Source: Entomortierella parvispora E1425 | Taxonomy: Eukaryota; Fungi; Mortierellomycota | DNA length: 64,000 bases | Assembly: GCA_020891255.1 (NCBI GenBank) | Contig: BQFW01000012.1 | Coordinates: 1,116,001-1,180,000 of the forward strand | Direction of reading: 5' to 3' | In this document: positions 40,901 through 53,361 of the stretch, in pieces | Numbering within the stretch: the first letter of the stretch is position 1 | How the letters are laid out: each line of letters opens with the position of its first letter | Program-made: the position numbers and the translations under genes | Notes under the pieces: model-generated | Seen by the model: only the letters and a program-made list of their open reading frames with translations | What the model was told of the DNA's origin: nothing | Database searches by the model: none

Positions 40901-43900
40901 TAGGGAATCCATGTCTTCAACTTTGAGCAATCCCTGTCCTTGGAACCATGGGATGACCTTTCGCTGATGCTCAATGAGCTGTTCTTCTCGAGAGGGGTAT
41001 CCGACATGTGGCAGGAACATGGACAAGACGGATACCAGGCTACGCACTTTCATTTCGCTCTCTGATTGTCCCATTACGCAGACTTTCTGTCCACTCAATA
41101 GGGCAAAGACAAGGTGCTTCGCAATCGTAGGATCCCGGAGCATAGCTTCGAGAATGGCCGAGGGGCTGTGCATGGTTTGAACAGCACCAGAGCCGACGAT
41201 CCCAACACTGACACCACTTTGACCAGAATTTCGATGCTGTGTCCTGAGGAACGAGCTGGTTGCAGGCAAAAGCTCGCCAGGAGTCGACCCTGCTGGAAAA
41301 GACCAAGGGGCCAGCTCCACGGTGCCTACATCTCTTGATGGTAACTGGGCTGTGTCCTTGGCATGGTGGAGAGTTTGCTGTTCCTGGTGCCACTCCGCCA
41401 CTCGTGCTGATCGATCTAGTGGGGCGATCCCAAATGCGTCTCTAGTCGGTGTGTCTGTATGTGTCGCTAGTCCAGTTATAGCCGTGAAGAAGGAGGCCGC
41501 ATCATCCAAAGAATCATAACCTGTCTCCTCATCATCAGCATCCTCCCCTTCCAGTCCTCGTTTCCTCTCTCCATTGACACTATCCAATTCCTGGCGGGGC
41601 GCAGGTGGAGCTTCTGTTGGGTTGGAAACCAACTTTTCCTGCACGACGGAAAGGCCGTCTTCAGAATGAGCACTGGCAAGGGAGATTCCTTGAAGGAGCT
41701 CGACGAGAGGCACATGTGACTCATACTGATGACTTGGTCGAGTGGCCAGCCTACGATTCAATTCAGAAACCTGTTGAGTAATAGTTTTGACCCAATTCTA
41801 GGCAAGAAGTCCAACCTTTAGGCATACCTATTGAAATCTGGGTTGCGAAAGTTCATCTGAAACCTAGACAAATTCAGTACGGATGACCAGTAGAAAAAAA
41901 CGTTATTTATCGGTTACATACGACAGAGCAACTTTTCAAGATATGAATTTCAGCAAACCTTTTGCCAATTGTCACACTTGAAGCGGTGGGGTCTAAATCA
42001 ACGAGTAATAATGCAGCCAATGGTTAGGGATTAAAGTCCCATTGATAAAAGCGCTGATGAATATAAAGCCTTCGTACTCATTCGTTTGAGGTTGTCAGCT
42101 GCCTCTCCTAAAAGCAGCGAGTCCGCCTGGAAGTCCTTGAGGATGTCCTTCATTTTTTTGATACCGAGATGAAATTGAATGGAAGAGTTCCAGACCAGCG
42201 TGGCGATGCATAACTCTCGGAGAGGGCGAAAGACAACCTCGTCACGAAAGATCGGGTATAATGTTGTTACATATTGCGCCTCGTATTCTGGTGCCTCAAA
42301 CATCGTATCATAGTCGGAAACGACCGAGTTCTTCCGCGACTGGTCCTGCTGTTGTAAGCCTAGAAGTTGTGGGATTGGCGCCGATACTCCGTCTCCAAGA
42401 TTCCCAGATCCTGTGTGATCTAAAATCCTAGCGTTTCCTCCAACACTTGGCGTGGACCCTTTCCGTCGTATTCTGGACCCAGGTCGAGAGGCCGTTCCCA
42501 GAAATAAAGAGGGGTCTGAGAGTCCAGCTCGGCCAGAAGCCAATAATGCTAGATTCTCCGAAGACGTCATAGGGGAAAGATCTGACATGGGCACCGGCAT
42601 AGACTGCGCGCTTTCACTGCCTTCCTCGCCATGTCCCAGCAATGGCTGACCGTCAATAGAATAGTGCTCCAAAACGCTGATAATGTGTGTAGCTGTTTCG
42701 ATGGCATCACGGATGGACTCCAGATCCGTTTTTTGCGATTCGCTTAAACTTTCTGTTGGGCTAGCGAGCTCGGACAAGCCCGACCCTTCCCACGCCGACT
42801 GTGCAATAGCATCGTGGCTGATTCCAGCTGCCCCTGAAGATTCCTTTGGAGAACCAGTTGGAGTTACATGGTTTGAAGACGCCGAGTCTGGTGGACCTCC
42901 TGATAGTATGTTGTTGGTATAATTCAGATCCCGAAGCTTCTTGGTGAGATCTTGTCTGAATAGGGTGTAGTTGCCTGTCTTGAAGTGAAGTATCGCCTTT
43001 CCAAATTTCTGCCTGAGCGCCTCATAGTTCATCATGATCTTGTGCGGGTCTCTAGTGATATATGATACACTGAAAGGTCGGACAAATCCTCTTGCATTGA
43101 TATCAAACAGCGTGAAATGGTGGACCTAAATTGAAGAAATACAAGATCAGCATGCATGTCGAATGGTTTGCTTCGGTTGTCATCTACAGACTAGAAAAGT
43201 AGATTATTACATATGCCCAATAGCCCTTTTCCTCGTCGCTAATATGCACTTCAATGTCCTCGGGAATGTGAAATGAGCCAGAACTAAATGTTGTGATCAG
43301 ACGTAAAAGTGTAAGCACACGGTCGAGGTAGGTCTCATTTTGTAGACTGAGGGTGGGTTCTTACGCCTCTTTAGCTTGCTGGTCAACTGAGGTGATCCTA
43401 AGAACAAACTCGTGAATGTCAAACGGAATCTGTTTATCCTTTGGGCTTGCGGCGCGCTCTCCATTCAAGGCTGAATCTGAACTGTCTTGTTGATTTCCTT
43501 CCTGAGATTGCTGTTTATGCATTGAATAAGAGTCGTGCGTCAAGTCCACCACGTTGTCAGGGATCGTCATCACCGCCCTTGGTCCTTCCACCTCTGAAAA
43601 CTCGGAGATGAGCACAAAGTCTGGGAGGTCACTTCTCGAATTCTGGAACCACCAACTTGAGGAGGATACTGGACCCTCCAAGGAAGGCATCGGCAGCCTT
43701 TGCACTCCGCGAGCTCCTGGAAGGCCGGGATTAAAAGTGCCTCCCTCCGAGGAGCTGGGTGGGGCCCGTAATCCATTACTCATCGACTCATGTCCTAGAG
43801 TACCTGTTCCTGAGCGAGAACTCGACAAGAGTCGCGTGGCGGGGGCTAGCATTGGAGAGCTTGCTTCGGATTGGGAGCCAGACCCGAGAGCTGGCTGATT

Positions 43901-44167
43901 CGACCTGGATCCAGCAGAGACAGGGAAGGTACCCGAGGCAGTCTCAAAATGGGCAGCAAGCGAGGGAGATGCGATCTGTGAGGTCGATGCTGACCGAGGC
44001 AACATTTGGGACGAGCCTTGTTGGTGCTGCGAGGTGGACAGGGGTGGTTGTGGTGCTGGTTGTGAGGGAGGTGCGATACTAGGTGCCGGTGGCGAGCTCG
44101 CCGCAGTGGCCTCCATGTCTTCGTAGTTACTGTCGATCGACTCTGGGAATGCAGTCCAGTTGAACAT
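37928..44167 (-). CDS. SMCR8: SMCR8-like longin/DENN protein (FLCN/SMCR8 family), multi-exon
   Basis: DFVLISEFSEVEGPRAVMTIP, FVLRITSVD, YWAY|VHHFTLFDINARGFVRPFSVSYITRDPHKIMMNY..FKTGN..DLTKKLRDLNYT, and the DENN-like HLVFALLSGQKVCVMG. Last intron after WDIIV (GTAAGC..CACTAG); stop TAG at 37930-37928. Confidence 0.85.
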
Positions 44168-44754
44168 TGTGGCTGTATAGTGGGTGAAGGAAATATAATG
44201 GAGGACTAGGACGGCAAAGCCAATGAATGAATGGTAGGTAAGCAGCTCAAGGGAGGAGGGCGTAGATGATGCTCAAACAGGCATGGCCAGAGAGAGGCGG
44301 GAGCCACAGTTCCTCGGGATTACAGCAGCAGTGAGGAAGAACGGAGAGTGGAGGTAAAGGTGTTGACAGAGACAGAGCAAGAGGGGCGACAGCGGGGTCA
44401 GGGCGAGGTGAATGGGAGCGGGAGAACAAGCGCACACACGATGCATGCATGTGTGCATGTGCACACTGCAGACAGTGCAGCAAAATGAGCGATCACATGA
44501 CTGTGGTTGCCACCAAACCAACCCGTGCGAAAGGAGAGCAAGGAGCGAGTGAGCCAAAGAAGCGACGTGATGCAGGGAACAGTGAGAGCGGCACAGGGCA
44601 GGGACCCCTGTGCCTGTCTGTCTGAGGCAAAGGTTGCTGTCGGCCCGTCAGTCCTCTCTCCCTTTCTCCTTTCCTTCCTCCGCCCTCTTTTTGCTGCGTC
44701 CTCCTCTTTCTCCTGACGTCTTCCCTTCTCCCTGCAACCTGTTCTCGAGGCCCT

Positions 44755-47700
44755 ATGTTCAAGTCCGTTGCCGACAGGCTGGGTTTTCCCCATTCCACCT
44801 CAAACTCATCACTCTCCTCTCATCCTTCTTCTGGTGCATCCTCTCCCACTTCTTCATCCTCAGGACATCATCACCGCACTTCCATCTTTTCCTCTGCTCC
44901 CCATGTCCGCTCCCCGAGCAGACAACAGCAGCAGACCCCTCTTCACGGCAGGACGGCCCCCTCGGCCTCGGCCGCGACAAACGGTCGGGCTACTACCCCA
45001 GCTGGCCCTCGACGAGCCGCACCCTCGGTCAAGCCCGTCCTGCCACCTTTGACCTTCAACAACTCTCGGGATGACAGCAACAGTCTCTACAACTCTGTCA
45101 CCAGCGCAGGATCCACCACAGACGAGCAACAGCAGCCCTCAAGAGCTGCTGAGAATGTCACGGTCTCAGTGCGCGTTCGGCCGTTCAGCGTAACAGAATT
45201 AAGGGTCGCGGGCGGACCTGCCGAAGTTTGGGCTGTCCAGGAGGAATCGAGAATCACCTATGCAGACGAGTACACCATGGCTGCACGACGGGCTGCAGTC
45301 GACTATGCTTATGGTACGTCTTTCACACACCCCAGCCTCATATGCTGCGGTGCGAAGAAGAGAATATTAATAATGGCCCTTCGGGTCATTTGGGTTCTGT
45401 GGGGAGAGAAATTAGTGGAGCGAAACGGAAAAGAGTGGCACCAAATGCAATTAAGCCAGCTTGTGGTTGCAGCCTGTTATGTGGGAACAAACATTTCATT
45501 TCTTGGCATGAAAGGAGTTCCTCTTTACTGATCGGTAGCCTCTTTATTTTTTCAACAATAGATCATGCCCTAACCGGAAGTGACAATGAGCTCATCTATT
45601 CGTCAAGTGTAAAGCACCTGGTCCAGTCAGCAATGGAGGGATACAACGGTAAAGAGCAGAGTTGCTTGGGATATAAATGACTTTTGAATACAAAGTGCTA
45701 ACAAGTTCTTTGCTTTTGCTCAATGTAGGTACTGTCTTTGCATACGGACAGACCTCTTCAGGAAAAACATATGTAAGAATGACCTCTTCCTCGCCTCTCT
45801 TTTTTTGTAACAACGGATGTCGTCCACATGTAGTTATTCTAACATGACATTCATTATTAATCCATAGACCATGGTATGTATTCACGGAGGAAGCTATCGC
45901 AGGACAAGACTTGGGAATGGCGTTGAAGCATGAGGAATTGTAGCCTGATCATGATCGTCAAATGCATATTTTTTTTAGAGTGGAGCAGAAAAACAGCCAG
46001 GCATCACGCCTCGTGCTGTGGACGACGTGTTTAAATACATCCGAGAGAACTCTGAGCGCGAGTTCTTGCTGCGTGTCTCTTACCTCGAGATCTACAACGA
46101 GAGCATCCGCGATCTCCTCTCCCCGGAGGCCATTGATCTACGCATCCACGAAGACAAAAAGGTTTGCAAAGCTACATGAGGAGACTGCGCGAGTGTGGAG
46201 TGCTTAAAAGGCTAAAAGACTCTGGTCCGTTCCCCATAGCGCGGTGTCTATGTCAGTCCGCTCAAAGAAGAAATTGTGACTACGCCAAGTCAGGTTATGA
46301 GAATCCTTCAGCGTGGAGACCGTATGTTTATTCCACATGCTTGATTTGAGGGCGCGGCTTTCATTTTAATTCTCCTGCTGACGGTCAAATGTTCTTTTTG
46401 TACATAGAACAAAGGCACACCAGTTCGACAGATTATAATGCGCACAGCAGTCGATCACACTCCATATTCCAGATTGTAAGAAGTTGCAGTCCCAATGTAA
46501 TTAGTAGCGGAGCATCCATTCACATCTACCGTCAACAATTGCTAGGTTATTGAGAGTAGAGAGCGAGCTCCGACGGCGCCATTGAGTCCATCAGGCCGCA
46601 AGTTCAGTCTAGGACTCGGCAAGTCTCCAAGTGCGGTCCGTGTATCACAGCTGAACTTGATTGACTTGGCTGGATCAGAAAAGGCTTCTTCCGACGCAGA
46701 TCGGAGAAAAGAAGGCGCCTTTATCAACAAGTCCTTGCTCACGCTTGGCACTGTCATTTCCAAACTGACCGAAGAAAAAGGGTATTGATCGTGTGCAAAA
46801 AATAATGTTATTTATGTATCATTGGACCAGCGCTGACATGGAGGAATTTATTTCTCTGGCAACTCGCTTCCTAGGGCGCATATTCCATATCGTGACTCCA
46901 AACTGACTAGGATTCTTCAATCGTCGTTGAGCGGGAATGCCAGAGTGTCCGTCATCTGTACTATCAGCCCATCCTTTATGAACGTGGAAGAGTCGCACAA
47001 CACCCTGAAGTTTGCAGCCAGAGTCAAAAAGGTCGTCACCAAGGCCCATACAAACCAGGTCATGGATGACAAGGCGCTTCTCGAGAAATACCGAAGAGAG
47101 ATTTCAGAGCTCAAAGCACAACTTCTTTTGACAGCTGCCGCTGGTGGAGATTCCACAGGAGAGGAACGCTTTGGAGATCTTGACAAGGAAAAACATGCGG
47201 AACTTTCTCACTTGCTGGAAAAGGAGCGACTCAAGCACGAGGAAGAAATGGTGGAGATGAACATGGTCAGGAATGCACTGAAGGAGAGAATCGAGCACCT
47301 GACAAAGTTGATCCTTACCTCGCAATCTATCAATGCCAAAGGAGGCACTGGACCCAACAGTCAACCCGCCGCGATGGGTCGGTACACCGTAGAAACCACG
47401 GCGGACGGCACGGTTCTCGAGTTCCCCAAGGAGATTGAGTCCCGATTGGCAAGAAAGGATACCATTGTACGACAGTTGCAGAACGAATTGGAAGATCAGC
47501 AGAGCAAAGTGGCTATGATGAAGAATGCACTTCAGCGGACGGCCATGGGCGAAGTTGTCGACATTGAGAAGACATTGGCCAAGTTGGAAATGGAGCCACC
47601 CCGGGACAAGTTTTTGATCGAGAAGAGAGCGTCGATTATGAATATGAACGGATTTGTGATTTCAGAGGGAACATCAGGAGAAGGAGGCCAACTGGTAAAT

Positions 47701-48420
47701 AGGCTGGCATCGAAAAAGAGATTCGGCAAGGACCTTTCATCATCTCCCGATGCCCTGACTGGAACCTCGGAGGGCCCCACACAGAATACGGCAGAAGATT
47801 CAGACCTGAAGGACGACGATGCCAGTATTCTGCTCCCTGAAGGAGAAAGCCTTGCTATTGACGACGAAGATGAAGACCACGACCTGATGGATACCCCTTG
47901 GAACCGAGCAGAGCTCATCTCTCTCCGACAAGCCAAAAGAGAATTAGAGATTGTGGTTATTGAGCAGGAAAAGAAACTAGAGGACATGGTTGCATTTGAA
48001 GATTCAGACGAGTTTAGGAACCTCGTCTTGGAGTTGGAGGATCAGCGCGAGCGGATTTTGGTCATGGAGGAGGAACGTGAGACATTAAAGGCGACCATTG
48101 CTGACCAGAGGAATACGATCCGAAGACTGGAGCTAGATCATCTTGAAAGCGGCCGTACCGACTCGACTGCTTTGGGAGGGATGGCGGCTGCTTCCACCTC
48201 TCCCTCTGTCGGCACGTTGGCGACCTCTCCATCCTCGTCTTCATTTACAGCAGCCATGGCGGCAGCCGCGGCGAGCAAGATTCGGGAACTAGAGGCAATG
48301 CTTCAGCGCGAACGCCGCTTCCGAATGGAAGAGCAGACACAAAGTATGACCAGGATAGCATCCCTTGAGGCAGACTTGACTATTTTACAAGCGGAACGGT
48401 CTGTCCGTGAATGTTCATAG
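44755..48420 (+). CDS. Kinesin-7 family motor (CENP-E/Kip2/KipA-like); C-terminal end uncertain
   Basis: Motifs [18 protein letters not shown]|[67 protein letters not shown] and [21 protein letters not shown], followed by a coiled-coil tail. Confidence 0.92.
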
Positions 48421-48834
48421 ATCAAAGAGACTAGAGTAGATTTGATGGCCAATAGTCAAATTTTTTGTATACCCCCCATATCTTTCTTCAACAAGGTCCT
48501 ATGAAGATGAGGATGCTTTGGCAGTCAAAAGAGATGGACCACGAGCAGCAATAAGAGCCAGGAACATGAGCATTTGTCTGGCTATAGATGGATCCTTTTA
48601 CGTCGCAAAAGTTCCCGGGCACTCTTATTTCCCGTGCCGGCTGTAATCATTCATGAAAGGCAGGCAAAGTAGAAAACAATATATTGTTTTTTTAGATTGT
48701 TTTTATTCTATTATATACAGCTGTTTTGGATATATTGGTTGGAGGATGAATGCTGGAGGGAGGAGAGAACAATGCTGGTATTTTTTTTTGTTTGGTTGTA
48801 AAAAATGGCTGGGAATCGCTTCCAGTTTTTTTTT

Positions 48835-50585
48835 TTACAGCTTAGGGCCAACAGCAATGACATCCTCGGTGGCCTGATCTTGGTACTTGGCAAAGTTCTC
48901 GTTGAAGAGCTTGGCGAGCTTGGCGACAGTGCCGTTGAACTCCTCGGCGGTTCCCTGCCAGGCGGTGGCGGGGTTCAAGACCTCGCTGGGGACACCGGTG
49001 ACGGCCTTGGGGATGTCGAGGCCGAAGATGGGGTAGGTCTCGTACTCGGCAGTGGCGAGCTCACCGTTGTGGATGGCATCGATGATGGCGCGAGAGTACT
49101 TGAGGGCAATGCGCTTGCCGGTACCATAGGCACCGCCGTTCCAGCCAGTGTTGATCAACCAGACGTTGGCCTTGTGCTCGTGGATCTTGTCAGCGAGCAT
49201 GGTGGCGTACTGGGTAGGGTGAAGGACCAAGAAGGGCTGACCGAAGCAGGCAGAGAAGGTGGCCTCGGGCTCGGTGACACCCTCCTCAGTGCCAGCGATC
49301 TTGGCGGTGTATCCAGAGATGAAGTGGTACATGGCCTGGGCAGAGGTCAACTTGGAGACGGGGGGGAGGACACCGAAGGCATCGCAAGTCAACATGATGA
49401 TGTTCTTGGGGTGGGCACCAATGCAGGGCAAGAGAGCGTTGGGGATGTACTCGATAGGGTAAGCGCAGCGAGTGTTCTCGGTCAGTGACTTGTCGGTGTA
49501 GTCAACGACGCGTGTATCCTCATCAAAGACAACGTTCTCCAAGACGGATCCGAAGCGAATGGCGCCAAAGATCTCAGGCTCCTTCTCAGCAGACAGGTCA
49601 ATGGTCTTGGCGTAGCATCCTCCCTCAATGTTGAACACTCCAGTGTCGGTCCAGACGTGCTCATCATCACCGATCAATGCGCGGGCGGGGTCGGCAGAGA
49701 GGGTGGTCTTACCGGTACCAGACAAGCCAAAGAACAAGGAGGTGTCGCCAGCGGGGCCCTGGTTAGCAGAGGAGTGGAGGGAAAGGACACCAGCCTTGGG
49801 CATGAGGTAGTGCATGATGGTGAAGACTCCCTTCTTCATCTCTCCGGCGTACTCAGTTCCAAGAATAACCATCTGGCGAAGCTTGAAGTTGATCGAGACA
49901 GAGGTGGCGGAGGTCATTCCAGTGGTGTAACGGTTGGCGGGGAAGGCGCCGGCGTTCAAGATGGTGAAGTCGGGCTCGCCGTAGTTCTTAAGCTCCTCCG
50001 CAGTTGGGCGGATCAACATGTTGTGCATGAAGAGGGAGTGGTAAGCGCGGGCGCAGACAACGCGGATCTTAAGGCTGGTTGAGCAGATCGATCATATGTT
50101 AGAAACACCACTTTTTTTTTCTTTTCTTTGCGCAGATGAAAAGGAGCTCTGATCGAGCTCGTGAGGGCAACTTACCGGTACTTGGGGTCCCATCCGGCGA
50201 ATCCATCAAAGACGTAGAGGCGCTCGCGGGTGTTGAGGTAATCGACGGCACGCTCGTGGTTGATCAAGAAAGCGTGCTCGCTCAACTTGGTGTTAACGGG
50301 TCCCCACCAGATGTCCTCAGAAGTGGTCTCCTCATCGACAATACGCTTGTCCTTGGGGGAACGACCGGTCTTCTTGCCAGAGGAAGTGACAAGGGCACCA
50401 GCAGAGGAGATGGAGGTGCCAGGCTCGTAGCGAAGAGCGTCCTCGTAGAGCTTGGCAACCGAGGTGTTGCGGAGCAAGTTCACACGGGTGTAATCGATAC
50501 CGTCCTTACCGACGGAGGCATCCAACTCGGCATCGTGCTTGTAAATGGAGCCAGTGGGCGACTTTGTTGAGTAAGAGGGGGCCAT
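48835..50585 (-). CDS. PCK1: Phosphoenolpyruvate carboxykinase (ATP)
   Basis: ATG at 50585; intron 50175-50075. Motifs [62 protein letters not shown] and ENTRCAYP. Strong C-ending codon bias. Confidence 0.98.
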
Positions 50586-53061
50586 TATGTATGATTTAGG
50601 GTGCTGTGGAAGAGTGGGGAGGTTTTTGTTCGTCTTTTTGCAAAGCAAAGAACAGGGTGAGGATGCAAGGGTGGGGTGCAAAGAAATGCAGGCGGAAGAG
50701 GATGAAGAAGAGTGCAGAGAAGAAGGGAAGAGGACGAAGACCAGGAGTATTTATACAAGGAGGATGGCGAGATGAAGAGAGGGAAGGGATCGGAAGCCGA
50801 AGGGACGACTGAGTGGCCATTGAAGAATGTATTGTAGACTAAGCACCTTTACCTCAACAGTTGCCCGTGGACATCGAAAATAAAAAAGAGTTACCACACT
50901 CAGGAACCTAACCTTGGCCCTTCATGTGCTTGCTCTATTGAGTGCTTTTCGATTCAATTGCGCGAAGAGTGACTCCGAGGCAACCTTCTCTCTCTTGCCC
51001 CTCTCTGCTCATTTTTTTTTTTTTTTTTACTCTGTCGTTTAGTCTTTACGAATCACTCCATCCAGCCCATGGATTCCGTGTTGTTTGTTCCTCGACTGCC
51101 CATACAAAAAATTATATTTCCACTTCCGCCCACTGCTTGCTTCTCTTGCTTGCTCCAACTTATAACATTGGGAGAGCGAGTTCCTCATCATTCATGTCAA
51201 GCGCAGGCAAAGGTGTAAAGGGTGTAAAAGTACGAGCGCAAATGGGGCACTGGCAGAGCGTTGAGCGATCAATATTGGTTAGAAGCGATTGACTATGTGC
51301 CTCAGGAACATTTTTCGAGCTTTCCAAAGGAAGAATGAGGGAATTGTCCTCCAAAACACTCTCAAGCGAGGAGGAGGAGCAACAAAATATCCCTCTCTCT
51401 CTTCCCTCTTTCTCACATTCATACACCTGCCTCTCGAACGCATCTAGGGTGAGGCCTCCTCCGATGGCATCCTGCCTTTACGTCTTTGAATCCTAGGGGC
51501 AAGACCGCGAAAGGGAATAAATACCATTTGACCAACCTCCCACCTCCCCTTGCGTCGCGTATTTTTTTTTGCGATTTCTACATCAATCGATGGCTCAATC
51601 GAAGGTCCAGATTTAGAGGTGCCTGAAGATGCCTTTGGCTACTCTCTGCACCTCTATCAGTTTACTCGGAATGTGGTTACTACCAACAAACGATGAAGGC
51701 GATGCATGGACCAACAAATGACGAACCATTCTCCAAAACAACAACCCAACAACGTGTCCAACACTCGTATGCTTCACGCCGAATCTCCCACAATCTCTTT
51801 AAACCTGTCTGCCCAACAAACCATGGGTTGGCGCGGTTCTGAAAAAAAAGACGACTGTGCATGGTCAATCGAGCTCTTGATGACTGTAAATCGTGGGCGA
51901 TGAAAGACCATTCAATGAAATAACACATTGTTGACAGTCGGAGGCTCAATGCATCCTCTTCGCATCATCATTCTATTGCCTTTTCAATTCAAATGTAGAA
52001 GGTGACTCCCACACACATGGTTGACGTCGCTGTTCACCTGGAATGGTTCTTGCGAGTCGGCTCGTGGTCATTGCTATTACAATTTTTCACAGCTGTGATG
52101 TGTTTATTCTCTTGTAGATGCGGCCAGGAAAGAGTGCAAAGCTGTAAACCGCAAACGACCTTGCAGAAACAGAAATGAGGAAAGTAAACCTGACCACAGA
52201 ACTCTGAAAGAGATCGTTTGATTCTCGGAGTTACGTGCCAGGGCGGGGAGGCGTGCCAAATTCTCTAGGTTGTGATCGTGAGAAAAACTGTGAACTCTTC
52301 GGGCACTGTTGTTACACCTCCCGTTGTCTCTGACCTTTCAACGTCTTGATGAGTATGTTGCCGTTGTTGTTCGCATGCTTTTTTTTTTTTTTTTTTTTTA
52401 CAGAAGGGAGCACGTCCTCTCTACATCGGGAGCCTCTTCATTGGTGCCTGCAAGTCGCTTCATTAAACAATTCTCGTCCTTCGCACCTTGCTTATTTGTT
52501 TGCTCTTTTTCTAACCCTCCGCTCACTCGACTGTTTTCTATTGTTTTTGTCTTCCCCACAAAAAAAAACCTTTTTCGCTTTTCCAAAGAAGGAAACGCGA
52601 AAGGAAATTGCATTCGAGACACTTTGTTCTTAAAATACACACTCTATGGTGAGAAAGAGAACCTGTTCTGTCCAGGGCGACGGATGGGGGATGGAGAGAG
52701 AGTCAAGATGAGGAGGAAGGAAGAAAAGGACGCATGGGGTACCATTGCTTTGGGCGCAATTGCCGTCAGAGATGGGGCGTAAAGAAGAACCTCTGGAAGG
52801 CTGTCTTTTTCATTTCATTCAGGAACAAAAAAAGTGCACCATAATAATTTTTCCTGTCTGTGCGCTGGTCTTTTGTGGGAAGTGTGTCCGTGGAACGAAA
52901 ACAAGGACGACGCTGTTGAATAACCCACAAACGCTCTACTTCCTCGCTCTCCTCTCTTTGCAGCAGCTTCATGTTTCCTTCTTTTTTTTTTTTTTTTTTT
53001 TTTTTTTGGAGAGGATGACTAGGTCGGGGCACTCCGCGTCTGGTTCCGGACTCTAGCAGAC

Positions 53062-53361
53062 TCAAAAAGCCCACAAGGACATGTGGAAACCACCTTGACT
53101 CGAGAAGGGGGAGGGTAGGGACGAGAACCAGGGACGAGAACCAGGCAAACTAAAATAGTTGCCGTCGACCGCATTAGGGAATATTTCGGACACCTTAACC
53201 TCCGATGGCTTCCGAGGCATATGCGAATATTTGTCAAGCACAATAACTTTAATTTGTGGTAACACTCCTGGATGAGAAGCCTTCTTGTTTTGTTGTTGTG
53301 TTCCTGTCCCGAACGAGACAGAGAAGAGGAGGTCTTCGAGATGGTCCATGCATTCATTCAT
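53062..53361 (-). CDS. Candidate small protein (99 aa), unverified
   Basis: ORF MNECMDHLEDLLFSVSFG..PQIKVIVLDKYSHMPRKPSEVKVSEIFPNAVDGNYF with a protein-like composition, lying in a 4-kb gene-free gap. No recognised motif. Confidence 0.3.
   Translation of the reverse strand: MNECMDHLEDLLFSVSFGTGTQQQNKKASHPGVLPQIKVIVLDKYSHMPRKPSEVKVSEIFPNAVDGNYFSLPGSRPWFSSLPSPFSSQGGFHMSLWAF

Noticed and set aside
48805-50570. Long plus-strand ORFs antisense to PCK1 (similar ones oppose CPR, LCLAT1 and the kinase)
   Set aside because: These are shadow ORFs caused by strong codon bias of the real minus-strand genes; they show no independent motifs.
52569-52604. Imperfect hairpin CCTTTTTCGCTTTTCC-AAAGAA-GGAAACGCGAAAGG
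   Set aside because: A single short stem in a low-complexity region, with no H/ACA or other ncRNA hallmarks.
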